A stretch of DNA of 64,000 nt. Source: Chiloscyllium plagiosum. Its lineage: Eukaryota. Shown here piece by piece: positions 25,295-37,535 of this stretch (its first letter is position 1; each line of letters begins with the position of its first letter). Under the pieces are notes generated by a model, which did no database searches, was not told the DNA's origin, and saw only the letters and a list, made by a program, of their open reading frames with translations. The DNA is taken from the NCBI RefSeq assembly GCF_004010195.1, contig NC_057718.1, positions 62,542,311 to 62,606,310 of the forward strand, written 5' to 3'. The translations under genes and the position numbers were made by a program.

Positions 25295-26410
25295 AAGAAC
25301 AAAAATCTGTAGATGCTGTAAATAAGAAACAAAAATACAAATTTCTGGAATGCTCAGCAGGTCTGGCATCATCTGTGGAGAGAAGTCAGATTTAACGTTT
25401 CAGGTTGCGTGACCCTTCCTCTGAACTGATGGTAGCTAGGAAAATGTTCCGTTTATATGCAAAAAGTGCAGAAGGTGACCTTACCTACCATCCACACCCA
25501 GAGGATCATCAGTTGTCATTTCCGCCACGTCCAGCAAGATGCTACCACCAGACATATATTCCCCTCCCCTCCCTTGTTAGCTTTCCACAGGGATCATTCC
25601 CTCCGGGACATCCTGGTCCACTCTTCCTTCATTTCCAACATCCCCCCAGCCACAGACTTACGATACCTTCCCCTATAACTGCAGAAGGTGAAACACTTGT
25701 CTATTTTTCCCTTCCTCCCTCAGTATCCAAGGGCCCAGACACATCTTTCAGGTGAAGCAGCCGTTAACCTGCACTTCACACAATCTGGTCCACTTCATTT
25801 GCTCCTCAAAATGTGGTCTCCTCTACATTGGGAAAATGAAGTGTAGACTGCATGACTGCTTCGCAGAACACTTAAGTACTGTCTGCAAAAACGATCCTGA
25901 GCTTCCAGTTCCCTACCACTTCAACAGACTACCTTAATCCCTAGCCAACATCACTGTCTCAAGCTTGCTGCAGTGCTACAGCGAAGCTCAGCGCAAACTG
26001 GAAGAATAGTACCTCATTTATGACTTGGGAACCCTGCAGCCCTCTGGACTCTATCGAGTTCAGTAACTTTAGGGCATGAACTCTCCCATGTCCTTATCCC
26101 AACTCCACTTATCAGGCCTTGTTAACACATAGTCAGCTTTTAGACGCAACCCATTGTTAGCCACTAACAGTTGCCATTAATAGCCAATCATCTGCCTAAC
26201 CAGATCGTTATCCACTCCTTTGTCTGTCCAACTGTTCTTCTGTCTCTTTGGGCTGTATCCCTACGTAGTGTTTACTCCCCCCACATTTTCCCCCACCCCC
26301 AATTTTCCTAGCTTCAGTTCTGAGGAACGAGTGCTTGACCTGAAACGTTAACTCTCCACAGATGCTTTCAGACCTGCTGAGCTTTTCCAGAAATTTCTGT
26401 TTTTGCTTTT
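25295..26410 (+). mobile_element. PLE (second family) with GIY-YIG region and inverted 5' terminal repeat
   Basis: CSSKCGLLYIGKMKCRLHDCFAEHL. 25320-25460 is the reverse complement of 26310-26410; decayed hammerhead motifs at about 25395 (-) and 26320 (+). Confidence 0.88.
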
Positions 26411-26732
26411 GTTTAAAAAAATAGGATCAGATTTCAGGCTGGGAAAACGAGAAGTAAGTGAAATACTTATAGTTCAGATAACGCTGTCATAGCTGGTGGA
26501 TACCATGAGACATAGAGAAATTAAGGGCCACTAAATCAATTTAAAATAAGGCTGCTGAGCTGAGAAAGAGACAAAGCCAGAGTTGCAGTGATTTCGAAGC
26601 TTAAACAGACAACTTAAATTAGGAGATTATTGAGGTGGGACTCATCCAGAAAAATATTGCTAAAAAAATGGGGATTATTATTTATCACCATAGCCAATGG
26701 GGTTCATCTAGGAAAAAAATTATTAAAATAAT

Positions 26733-26950
26733 TCAGAAACAGAGCTTACTGGGAAAACTCAACAGGTTTGGCAGCATCTGTGTAAAGAAAGCAGAGTTAA
26801 CATTTCAGGTCTGGTGACCCTCCTTCAGAACTGATATGTACCTAGGAAAAGCTTGGTACATATGCTGAAGATGGGATGGGGGTGAGGGTTCTGAACTAAG
26901 TGATTGGGTACAGATGAAGCCCAGAGAGAGAGACGCAACAGTTGGACGGG
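26733..26950 (-). mobile_element. PLE terminal repeat (second family)
   Basis: Reverse strand CTGAAGG-A-GGGTC-ACCA-GACCT-GAAATGTT. Confidence 0.75.
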
Positions 26951-26987
26951 TTTTCTTTTATTAAAATAGGTCACCTGGAAAAGCAGA

Positions 26988-27202
26988 AAACCAAAAGGAC
27001 CGCAAATGCTGGGAATCTGAAACAAACACATTAATTTCTGGAAAATCTCAACAGGTCTGGCATCATTTGTGGAGAAGAATCAGTGTTAATGTTTTGGGTT
27101 CAGTCTTCTGAAGGATCATTAGACCCAAAATGTTAACTCTGATTTATCTCCATCAATGCTGCCAGGCCTGCTGAGATTTTCCAGCAATTTTTGTTTTTGT
27201 TA
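26988..27202. mobile_element. Older palindromic PLE-derived element
   Basis: Arms about 27020-27100 and 27120-27200 are reverse complements; aaagcaga on both flanks. Confidence 0.75.
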
Positions 27203-27585
27203 TTAAAGCAGATACTCTGATTCAGTCATTAAAGCTTTTAAGGAAATGGGTATTTTTGACTAGAGACACCACTTAAAGGCAATAATTCTCAATTTTGACA
27301 GTAAATGTTCAGAGGTTCCCCGACAGCAGTATATGGTAATAGCATAATTTTACTGATGAATTGGAAGCACTCAAAGCAAAGAAAATAATCTCAATTATTT
27401 GAATGATTTCACAATCATCAAATATTGTACAGCCAGGAAGACATGTTCTCACATGGTGGGCCAAACAGAATATGGAATTGGACATCTTGGGGAACTCATT
27501 CTTAAGATACAGAATTGCTTCTAAACTAGATGCTGGACAAGAAGCTGAACACTTTAATGCAGTTATGTATGCAGTGGAATATACT

Positions 27586-28290
27586 GCCTTTTAAATGTTG
27601 TAACTGTACCAGCGTCCACCACTTCCTTTGACTGCTTTTCCATACACACACCACCCTCTGTGTGAAAAAGTTGCCCCTAAGGTCCCTTTCATATCTTTCC
27701 CTTCTCAGTTTAATGTCGTTGCAGACAGTAGAAAAGAACATGAAAGAGTTGCCCTTTAGGGTCCAACTTTAAATTTTTCCCCTCTTGCCTTAAACCTATG
27801 CCATCTAGTTTTGGACTTACCTAGCCTGGGAAAAAAACCTTGGCTATTCACCCTCTCCATGCCTCAAATGATTTTACAAACCTCTATAAGGACACCCCTC
27901 AGCCCAGCAACGTCTTTGTAAATCTTTTCTGAATCCTTTCAAGTTTCACAACATCTTTCCTATAGTAGGGAGACCAGAGTTGAACACTATTCCAAAAGTG
28001 GCCTAAGCAATGTCCTGTACAGCTGCAAAATGACATCCCAGCTCCCGTACTCAATACGCTAACAAATAAAGGCAAGTGTACCAAACACCTTCTCTCTATC
28101 CTGTCTACCTGCAACTCTGCTTTCAAGGAACTATAAACCTGCACCCCAAGGTCTCTTTGTTTGGCAACACTCCCCATGGCCTTATTGTTAAGTATATGGG
28201 TCCTGCCCTGATTAGCCTTACCAAAATGCCTCACATTTATCTAAATTAAATTCCATTTGTCACTCCTTAGCCCATCTGATCAAGGTCCTG
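27586..28290 (-). mobile_element. CR1-type LINE fragments
   Basis: HFGKANQGR, QRDLGVQV, VVKLERIQKRFT. Confidence 0.85.
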
Positions 28291-28693
28291 TTACAGCAAA
28301 AGGTGAATGAAGCAGAAATCCAGAAGAAGCACAAGTTAGTTCTAAAGCAGACAGTCAAATTATCACATGAGATCGAGAGAATCTTTTCAGTTGTCCAGGT
28401 ACAATACCCAAAATGATACACATGAAAAAGGACAGACAGCAGATGCTAACAATGATTGTGGACCAAGGAAACCTCAAGCACAAACAGTGCGCACCTATTT
28501 TTTTAAAAAAAGGATTTGTCTGTTAAATAAGTCCCTTTCAGAACATGTGATGAGCAGGACACAGTCAGAGAACAGCAAGAACTCAAATAGCTACTCACAA
28601 AAAAGTTTGAGGTAGGACAGGCTATAGTAGAAAAGAAAGCTGAAGGTGTTCAGAGAGGACTTAGCATTTTGGCAAAAAGATGCTTATAATAAT

Positions 28694-29349
28694 TGTGATA
28701 ATGCTACTCTTTTAACAAGGTTATGTTGTCCTTGGCTTTTTTTCAGAGAGGTTGTAAAAGACACAGACTCCGAAAACTCGAAGTTGGATGGGTTTTAGGG
28801 CCAATTTAATTATAGCTAACAGTGCTTCAGGCAAAAGGTTTTTAAGTTTTAAAACAAAATTGTACAATGAAAGGGGAGCGGCTAGTTCTCCTATCTCAAC
28901 TTTTCTCTGGTTTGATTTGGTTTTGGCAGTCTGGCTATTCACTGAAAACAGTCAGGCAGTTTGAGGCTGCTGGTCCAAGAAACAGCCACATGGAAGAGGG
29001 TGTTCCATGCTGCCACCTCCCCCTCTCCTGTAAGGCCCTGTGTTTGATTTTACCTTTTGTGCCAAGGTATGTTTATGGGGATTGTTGAAAGTACTTGGAG
29101 CAGCATCAGTAAGTTTGGATAATCTTTTGGTATTTCGGATAGGTGAAGTTATTAAGTATTCTGTTCTGTTTTGTTTTTGTTTCATTCGGTAATCTTGTAA
29201 ATAAAGTTTGTTTTGTTTTAAACAAAGTGGTTTGCCCAGCTGCATCACTCATGGAATATCTGCATTACACCTGCTTAAACAATTAGAAAGGTTAGGGTCT
29301 GGGCTACTTTCTTGAAATGTTTTGAGGGGGTCTGGCCAGGCCCATAACG
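28694..29349 (+). mobile_element. Probable solo LTR
   Basis: Starts TGTGAT, has AATAAA at 29200, ends cataac(g); non-coding, about 650 bp; no convincing target duplication. Confidence 0.45.
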
Positions 29350-30277
29350 CATTGACATCTCAAACTTTCAAGCTCAATACAGGGGCAAGTCAGTATGTTA
29401 TCAGTTAGAGCACCACGGGTGAAGAAACTTGTGAAGCAACCTACTATGGTGTAAATGCATAGTCACTTAAGATCAAAGGGCACAACACTGGGGCAGGTGG
29501 GACATGAACTTTGACCTCCTGAGAGATAGGGATATTACCACTGCCATAAGCGCCTTGGGTAGATTAATGGTATGGTAAAAGCAACAGTGCCACATAAGTT
29601 GTGTCAGACTGTAGAGAACTGTACATATTTCAGGCGTCGAGAATTCTCACTCTTGAGCATGAATGCATGTTTTGATGTGACTCATTCTTGAAATGATGGA
29701 AGAAGACAAATTCATTAAAATCAGGAAACCACTGGTCAAGTGACAGCAGGTCAAAAAACATTTGGATATTATACAGCCAGTTGTGGAACAAACAGTGAGA
29801 GGATAGTTGGGAGAAAATTTTATCTGGTTCCAAAGACTCATCACAGAACCTAAACAGAAGTCAGAATTTTTGAGATGAGCTACGTTGACATAAGAAATTT
29901 GTTTTTATACCGTCAGCAAGATGGTAACCTGTAACATCTTGAGTTGTCAGAAATGTTTTCCATTTTTATCAGGATGAAGGAGAGTTCAAGGTTAATGAGA
30001 AATCACAAGCAAGCAGATAACCAATGAGCAGCACACTTCACAATTGCGGAATCCTTAACTGATTAAACTCTGATTACAAACAGCTTCATGAACAAACAGT
30101 GATGACAAATTTAAGGATGATGCCAAATGCTGAGAAGCCACAGTTTGAAGCACAACATTTTACTTGTTTCGAAAGCAACTTATTATTTTACAGATATTTT
30201 ATTTCCTTCCCAGAAATAAGTCTCAATGTTGAAAGTTATGTGAAGCAAGATGCAACCCTGAAACAGCGTGACTGAGA

Positions 30278-30360
30278 GGTTCTGACCTGAAACATTGACA
30301 CACCTCCTCTGATGCTGCTCAATATGCTGTGCTTTTTTCAGCTCAACTCTCTATCCACTC
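30278..30360 (+). mobile_element. Old PLE terminal-repeat stub
   Basis: gacctgaaacattgac...gatgctgc..tgctgtgcttttt; tgactgaga at 30269 and 30361. Confidence 0.6.
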
Positions 30361-30734
30361 TGACTGAGAAAGTGAACATTTTGGTTTCACCAGTACTTCT
30401 ATCATCAAGAAATAAATAAAGTGTTAAAGTAAAGGCTGTACACATTTCAGCACAGAATTACAAATTTCATTAAAATGCTGCTCACACAGATTGAAGATGT
30501 GATGCAACTCCATGGAAGCTACCATTGAGAAGGGATGACCATGGCCCAAATATTCAAGACACCAAGATGAAATTGCCAAGTTCAGAGGTCCAGAATATCA
30601 CCAAGGTGAAATTACCTAGTTTAGTGTTCCAGGATGCGAAAAAATAAAAGTGCTTGTTTCAGCAGGAAGCCTTCCTTCGTGAATGAAATTCAAACGAAGA
30701 AGATCCTCCAATTTAAAAGCATGCTCAAATCTCA

Positions 30735-30972
30735 CTAAAGATTAGAATGGTGCTAGAAAAGCACAGCAGGTCAGGCAGCATCCAAGGACCAGGAAATTTG
30801 ACGTTTTGGGCAAAAGCCTTTCATCAAGAATGAGGCCTCATTCCTGATGAAGGGCTTTTGCCCGAAATGTCGATTTTCCTGGTCCTCGGATGCTGCCTAA
30901 CCTGCTGTGCTTTTCTAGCACCATTCTAATCTTTACTCTGATCTCCAGCATCTGCAGTCCTCACTTTCGCCT
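30735..30972. mobile_element. Palindromic PLE-derived element with no spacer
   Basis: Centre gaatgagg|cctcattc with arms of about 100 bp; hammerhead motif at 30844-30871 (+) and a decayed mirror copy at 30800-30827 (-). Confidence 0.92.
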
Positions 30973-31365
30973 CAGATCTCTCACTGTCAACTGTCGTTGA
31001 CCCAGAGATCTACCAATTCTGGTGAGAGCATATTCTGGGAGAATACTGAAACTTTCAGACGGCTTGAATTTATGAGATGGGAGAGTGGTGCAGGAAAGAG
31101 GGGCTGGCTTAATGGACCAGCGTTAAAAGTAATTATCTACTCAAAAATATAAATATAATGAAGGGGGGAAGCTTTGGGGAGATGTTGTTCAAGGATGTTA
31201 GAGTCCGAAGGGATTAATGTATTAACTATCACCCATTCTGATGATGTCACATAGATTTGGTGAGAGAATACCTTAAGGTCTCAAACAAGTAAGACCTTCC
31301 ATTTAGTTCTTCTCCTTAGTATCTGTAACAGTGGTTTTCTCATCAGTGTAACTTATACATAGTTG

Positions 31366-32023
31366 CCACATATATACTCGTGTAAGAGTTAAATTTCTTA
31401 GTCTATGTTTTAAGGTTAAATTTATGGGGTCAACTATTACATGGATACTACTTTCGAAGGGCTGAAATTCACGTCCGTCAAAGTTCATACTGTATCATTA
31501 GAAGCCCAGTTGATCTCTATAAACGAATAAAGAAAAAGACGCATGAATTACAGTAATTACCGGATAAAGAGAATAGAAAATAAAATGAATTAGTAATTAT
31601 TCCATCCACCATATTTTTTATTTTAAAAAAATTACGTTGAAGCGGCAATGACATCATCGGGCGAGACTGGAATACCGGACCGGAGCCAGATGGCCAGAGG
31701 TCCGGAGTCCCAGAATGGAGCAGGACGGCCGGCAGAACAGAGAGGGATGGCTGGCAGACTGGATTCCCAGAATGGAGCAGGACAGCTGGCAAACTGGAAT
31801 CCCGGAACGGAGCGGGATGGCTGCCACGGAGCAGAACAGCTGTACAAAATGTGAATACTAATTATAGTGCTCGTTCAATAATGAACTTAAGAAATCTGAA
31901 GCCTAACTTTGGTGAAGAGCTAGGATCAACCTTTACACGAGATACATGGAAAATTCCAGATTTTTTTGGCCAAAGATAGGAGGTTGACGTGCATGAGATT
32001 GACTTGTACTCAAGTATATATGG
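31366..32023. mobile_element. Non-autonomous TcMar (Tc2/pogo-like) DNA element
   Basis: Left catatatactcgtgtaag and right cttgtactcaagtatatatgg-TA are imperfect TIRs; sub-terminal gg(g/a)tcaac repeats; GC-rich internal repeats. Confidence 0.6.
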
Positions 32024-33049
32024 TACATCTTGTTTAAGAAAAAAAGTGTTTTCTCATGGGATAACCAAGCGGTTTTTATCTACCTCACTAAATCAAGTAG
32101 GCCGTATAGATTCCGAGCAAGAAAAGGGATGGTGGCAGCATTCTATCAAATAGCTGATACAGTATGATGAGCAATGATGAGGATTCACCTCACAATAGAC
32201 ACTACATGGAGGAACCCCTGCGGTGACATTCTGGAGCTGAGATAATTTATCTCCAACGACCACAGCCATCTTCCTTTTGTGGTAAATGTGCCTCCAACCA
32301 TTAGAGCATTTTGCACCTGATTCTAATTGACATCAGTTTTACTTGGGCTCCTTGATGCCACACTCAGGTAATGCTTGACTCAGACAATAATGAGGTCAGG
32401 AGTTGAATGGACCTAGCAGAACCAAACTGAGCATCAGTGAGCTGGTTATTCCTTTGCAAATGTCACTTGCTAGCACCTTCCTTCTCTCTGCTAATGATTC
32501 AGAGTAGACATTTGAGGTGGCAATTGGCTGGATGGAATTTGTTCTGTGTTTTGTGACAATTTGGTAATTTCCACATTGACAGCAATATGACACTGTTGTA
32601 ACTGTACTTGAACAGCTTGGCTAATGCTGTGATCAGCTGTGGAGCACAAGTCTTCAGTACAATTGTCAAAATGTCATAAGGGCCCATAATCATTGGAGTG
32701 TCTTCAACCATTTCTTAGAATCACTTGGAGTAAATTCATTTGGTTGAAGATTGGCATCGTAGTGCTGAGAAACTGAAGAAATCCAAGCGGGATCATTCAC
32801 TCAGCACCTCTGGTTGATAATGGTTGCAAATGATTCAACATTATTATTTTACACATGATTTCCCACATTGAGTTGTGTAATTTTCTATCACATCATTCGC
32901 AACTGGATGAGGTGGGACTGCTTGGCATGCAAGTAGCCTAATGTCATCCATAAGATCTTAAACACCTCTATTAGATGTCCCCTTGATCTGGACTGCTCAA
33001 CAATGAGTAGACCTAGTTTCTCCAGTATATCTATATCTGTAATCCTTAA

Positions 33050-33540
33050 TATAGAGTCATATAGCATGGAACCAGAACCTTCGGTCCAACCAATCCATGC
33101 TGAACACTTTCCCTAACTAAACCATTCCCACTTGACCCTTATCCCTCTAAATCTTTTCCTATTCAAATGTTTTTTAAATGTTTTAACTGTACCTGCATCT
33201 CCCACTTTCTCTGGCAGTTCATTCAACACATGAACCACCCTCTGTGTGAAAAAGGTTGGCTCTCAAGCCCCTTTTAAATCTTACTCCTATTACCTTAAAA
33301 ATTTGCCCCCTAGTTTTGAACTTACCCACCCTAGTGAAAAGACCTTTGCTGTTCATTGTATTTATGCCCCTCATGATTTTATAAATCTCTGTAAGATCAA
33401 CCCGCAACCTCCTACGCTTCAGTGGAAAAAGTCCCAGCTCATCTTTATAATTTAAATCCTCTAGTCCCAGCAACATCCTGGTAAATCTTTTCTCAACCTT
33501 TCCTGTAGCAGGATGACTAGATCTATATGCAGTACTGCAA
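33050..33540 (-). mobile_element. CR1-type LINE 3' end
   Basis: LGLFPLKRRRLRVDL, KTRGQIFKV. Confidence 0.85.
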
Positions 33541-33589
33541 AATCTGTTCTGTTCCTCTCAAAAATCTGCTTCATTTTTTTCTTAAAAAA

Positions 33590-34140
33590 ACATTTATTCG
33601 TTTTATTTATTCAGAGGACTTAGGTTTTGCTGGTTGGGCCAACGTCTGTTGCCTATCCCTAGCTGTGTTTGAGAAGCTGGAGAGCTGCGTTTTTGAACTG
33701 CTACAGTCCATTGTGGTGTAGGTATATCTACAGTTATATTAGGGAGAAAGCTCTAGGATAATGTCCAAGTTAGCATAATGAATGACTTGCACATGAATTT
33801 GTAGGTGGTAATGTTCCCATGTACCTGCTGCCATTGTTGTTCTCAATGGTAGCGATTAAAGGTTTGGAAGACACTATATAAACGTTGATGCTACTGAGTG
33901 TGGTGGTTGTGGATATGGTACCAATCAAGTGAGCTGTTTTGACATGGATTGTGTTGAGCATCTTAACTGTTGGAGCTGCAGTCATCCAGGCAAGTGGGGT
34001 ATATTCCATAAAGCCCCTAACATTTGTGTTTTGTAGGTGGTGAACAGGCTTTACAGAGTCAGGAGGTGAGCTACTGGCTGTAAGATTCCTGGCCTCTGAC
34101 CTACTCTTGCAGCCACAGTCTTTATATGGATGAATGGTCA
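33590..34140 (-). mobile_element. Old LINE 3' end (CR1/L2 group, second family)
   Basis: VRGFMEYTPLAWMTAAPT; related pieces at about 20365-20545, 32200-32950, 38185-38730 and 58680-59020. Confidence 0.65.
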
Positions 34141-34375
34141 GAATTGGACACAATCTCAATGTATCTTCCCATGCACTGTCCCAATTAAACTTTTCCTGAA
34201 CAACCTGTTCATCTCTAGTAATGGCTTCTCTTTCTTCCTTGGCTTTGCATAAATTGTTGTGCTTTTTATCTCACCTCTACTGGCATGATCTCCAAACCAT
34301 TACCTCCTTTCTACATACAATTAGTTTCCTGTTAGTCTGTGATGTCAATTACCTCTATCAAGTATATGTGGTAGT

Positions 34376-34582
34376 ATTATTGTTTCTCACTTTTTTTTTA
34401 AACATCCATTTTAGTCTTTGAGGTTTTCTGATATTAAATTCAGCTGATTGAAACCGATAATTATTAATCGATTTTTTACCACTATGATGACAACATCATG
34501 TTAGAAGTAGGGGCAGGTGTAGACAGTTTTACCCCTCAAGCCTTCTCTGTCATATAATAAGATCATGGCTGATGTGATAATG
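34376..34582 (+). repeat. 207-bp direct repeat, copy 1 (copy 2 at 36255-36461)
   Basis: Identical by eye except attaaattc vs attaaaatc. Confidence 0.95.
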
Positions 34583-34615
34583 AGCTAATATTTGCATAGC
34601 CAAAGGGGTAAACTA

Positions 34616-34918
34616 CAAGTGGTTCTTCTATAACGCTATGGTTCTGTTCTTGTGCAACCCCACATTGTAGAAAAATCGTGCTTTAGAGACCGCACTTAAA
34701 GTGTTGGCGATGCAATCACCTTACAGCCAACACATGTTTTAAAAGTTTATGCTTTAGAAACAGTGTCCCCAATTCATCAATCGCATTACAGCAAATTCAC
34801 GTTAACAAAACAGGCATGATAGTAGAATTTAAAAATGTGTTGCTGGAAAAGCGCAGTAGGTCAGGCAGCATCAAAGGAACAGGAGAATCGACGTTTCGGG
34901 CATAAGCCAGCAGACCTG
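34616..34918. mobile_element. MITE family A with a PLE stub (34829-34908) in its right TIR
   Basis: TA flanks at 34614 and 34919; body homologous to 8344-8564. Confidence 0.75.
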
Positions 34919-35080
34919 TATTTGCAATTTTTCTCAGTAAAAAGGTTAGAATAAAATAAGATGGTGAAAATTTTACTGTAAGTTAATTTGCGGATATGTT
35001 TTCCTGAAATAAAATGATTGGTTGTAGTTGAAAAATGTTTCTTTTCACATCGTAAAATTTCAATTGGAATTTTATTACAG

Positions 35081-35180
35081 CAACGCAGACACGCATCTTT
35101 CTGGCGAGCAAGACCTTGATTTTGATATCTTAGCAGAGCCTAATTCATCAAAAGGACAGAAAGTCGGTGATGTCACAACT
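35081..35180 (+). CDS. SANBR: SANBR coding exon, 100 nt, phase 2-0
   Basis: ttacag acceptor, gtgagt donor. (S)NADTHLSGEQDLDFDILAEPNSSKGQKVGDVTT; phase fits both neighbours and it resembles recalled ...DVLLEPNTPWGPKTGE. Confidence 0.88.
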
Positions 35181-35361
35181 GTGAGTCTTTGCATTTTTGT
35201 ATGGCAGCGTTCTTCAAATGGGAGAAATTTAAGTCGAGTTATCTCAATGAATGTTTTATAACGGAAAATATCTGCACTGTTACTTGTGCATTTCGGGCAA
35301 CCTCTAACATTTGTTATGACCAGGTGAAGAGGGATAAAGCAGATACCGGTTTTTAAAAAAG

Positions 35362-35635
35362 AAATACACAAGTACCACGGAAGCTGGAAATCTGAAAGAA
35401 AAATAGAAATTTCTAGAGAAGTTGAGGTCTACCAGCAACTATGGAGAGAAAGCAGAGTAAATGTTTCAGGTCCAGTGAACTTTTTTTCTGGGAACCCAAG
35501 ACTTCTGATGAAGAATCACCAGACATGAAACATTAACTCTGTTTTATTCCCATGAATGCTGCCAGACCTGCCAAGCTTTACCAGCAATTTGTTTTTGTTT
35601 CAGATCATCAGCTTCTGCAGTTCTTTGTTTTATTT
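35362..35635. mobile_element. Older palindromic PLE-derived element
   Basis: Inverted arms around 35490; decayed motif CTGATGA-A-GAATC-ACCA-GACAT-GAAACATT at 35505. Confidence 0.8.
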
Positions 35636-36654
35636 TCATGACAATTTTATTACTTGTTAACCCTGAGAATAAAATATTTAAGATGCAGTAACAAATGCAT
35701 AGAGATATAATGTTTATAAAGAGTATCTAATATAAAGGGGAGATTGGAGAATATTCAGTTTAAATGACCTAAAGAATGTTGCTGACTGGTTACGTTTTAA
35801 CCTGAGACCACATTAGTTTAATTAATATCTTACATCCTCAGAAGTAGTAAATATTGAAGAGATCTTTAAATTCTCCATGAATGGATTTTTCTCTAATTTG
35901 CTTTATCTCTGAGTGGGACTAAGAGAAAATGGGAAGAGAAAGAACAAACCTTCTCCAGTTACAGTTCCAGAACCATTTTTCTGTCTGCTGCTCTGCCAAA
36001 CAGCTGCTTGAAATATAGCTCATTCACACAGTACATGGCTGGGCCTTTTGTTTTCTAAACTGGATAATTTGCAGATGATTCTTATCTTCAACAGGTGAAA
36101 CTTATCTATCCACTTTAAAAATGTTATTCAAACAGGGGATGCAGATCTGAGTTTGATTCCCTTTTAAAAATATTAATTTTGTCTGAAGCTGTCTTTGCTT
36201 GTTTCACATTGATTTCATGAAGTTGGGCTAATCTTTGCTCAGCTGATTGTTACAATTATTGTTTCTCACTTTTTTTTTAAACATCCATTTTAGTCTTTGA
36301 GGTTTTCTGATATTAAAATCAGCTGATTGAAACCGATAATTATTAATCGATTTTTTACCACTATGATGACAACATCATGTTAGAAGTAGGGGCAGGTGTA
36401 GACAGTTTTACCCCTCAAGCCTTCTCTGTCATATAATAAGATCATGGCTGATGTGATAATGGGCTTAATTCCACTTTCCAGCATGTAGTCTATCACCTTT
36501 ATAGATTAAAAGTCTGTCTAATTTAGCCTTCAGTTTCCGTTGTCTTTGGGATAGATAATTCCAAATATTAACTACCTCCTGAGAAAAGAAATTCCTCTTC
36601 ATCTCTGTCTCAACTATTTCCACACAAGCAGAAACATTCATAAGCTTCCTCAAA

Positions 36655-37535
36655 ATAGAACAAAGAAAATTTACAGCCCAGGAACAGGCCCTTCAGCCCG
36701 CCAAGCCTGAGTCGATCCAAATGTAATGTCTAAACCTGTCGGTCAACTCCTAAGCATCTGTATCCCTCTGCTCCCCACCTAATCATGCATTTGTCCAGAC
36801 GCATCTTAAATGAATCTACCGTGCCTGCCTCTCCCACCTCTGCTGGCAACGCATTCCAAATGCCCACCACCTTCTATGTGAAGTACGTACCACATGTATC
36901 TCCCTTAAACTTTCCACCTCTCACCTTGAAAGTGTGACCTCTCATTATTAAATCCTTCACCCTGGGGAAAAAGCTTGTCTCTATCCACCCTGTCTATACC
37001 CTTCATGATTTTGTAAACCTCAAACAGGTCCCCCCTCAATCTCCTTTTTTCTAATGAAAATAAACCTAACCTACTCACCCTTTCTTCATAGCTAGCACCT
37101 TCCATACCAGGCAACCTCCTCATAAACCTTCTCTGCACCCTCTCCAAAGCGTCCACATCCTTTTGGTAATGTGGCGACTAGAAGTGTATACAGTATTCTA
37201 AATGCGGTCGAACCAATGTCTTGTACAATTTTAACATGACTTGCCAGTTCTTATACTCAATACTCTGTCCGATGAAGGCAAGCATACTATATGCCTTCTT
37301 GACCACTCTGTCCACCTGTGCAGCAACCTTCAGGGTACAATGCACCTGCACTCCCAGATCTCTCTGCCCATCAACTTTCCCAAGTCTCTTCCGTTCATTG
37401 TATAATTCGCTCTAGAATTAGTCTTGCCTAAATGCATCACCTCACATTTTTCTGGATTGAAAACCATCTGCCACTTTTCAGCCCAACTCTCCAGTCTACC
37501 TATATCCTCCTGTATTCTCTGACAGACACTTATGC
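36655..37535 (-). mobile_element. CR1-type LINE 3' part nested in an older CR1 (about 36380-39607, 40600-41190)
   Basis: ALERVQRRFMRRLPGMEG, WAEKWQMVFNPEKC; the host element shows IPEDWK..FKKG, NYWPVS. Confidence 0.85.

Noticed and set aside
34376..36461. LTR retroelement with 207-bp LTRs
   Set aside because: No TG..CA ends, primer-binding site or polypurine tract; the interior holds a host exon.
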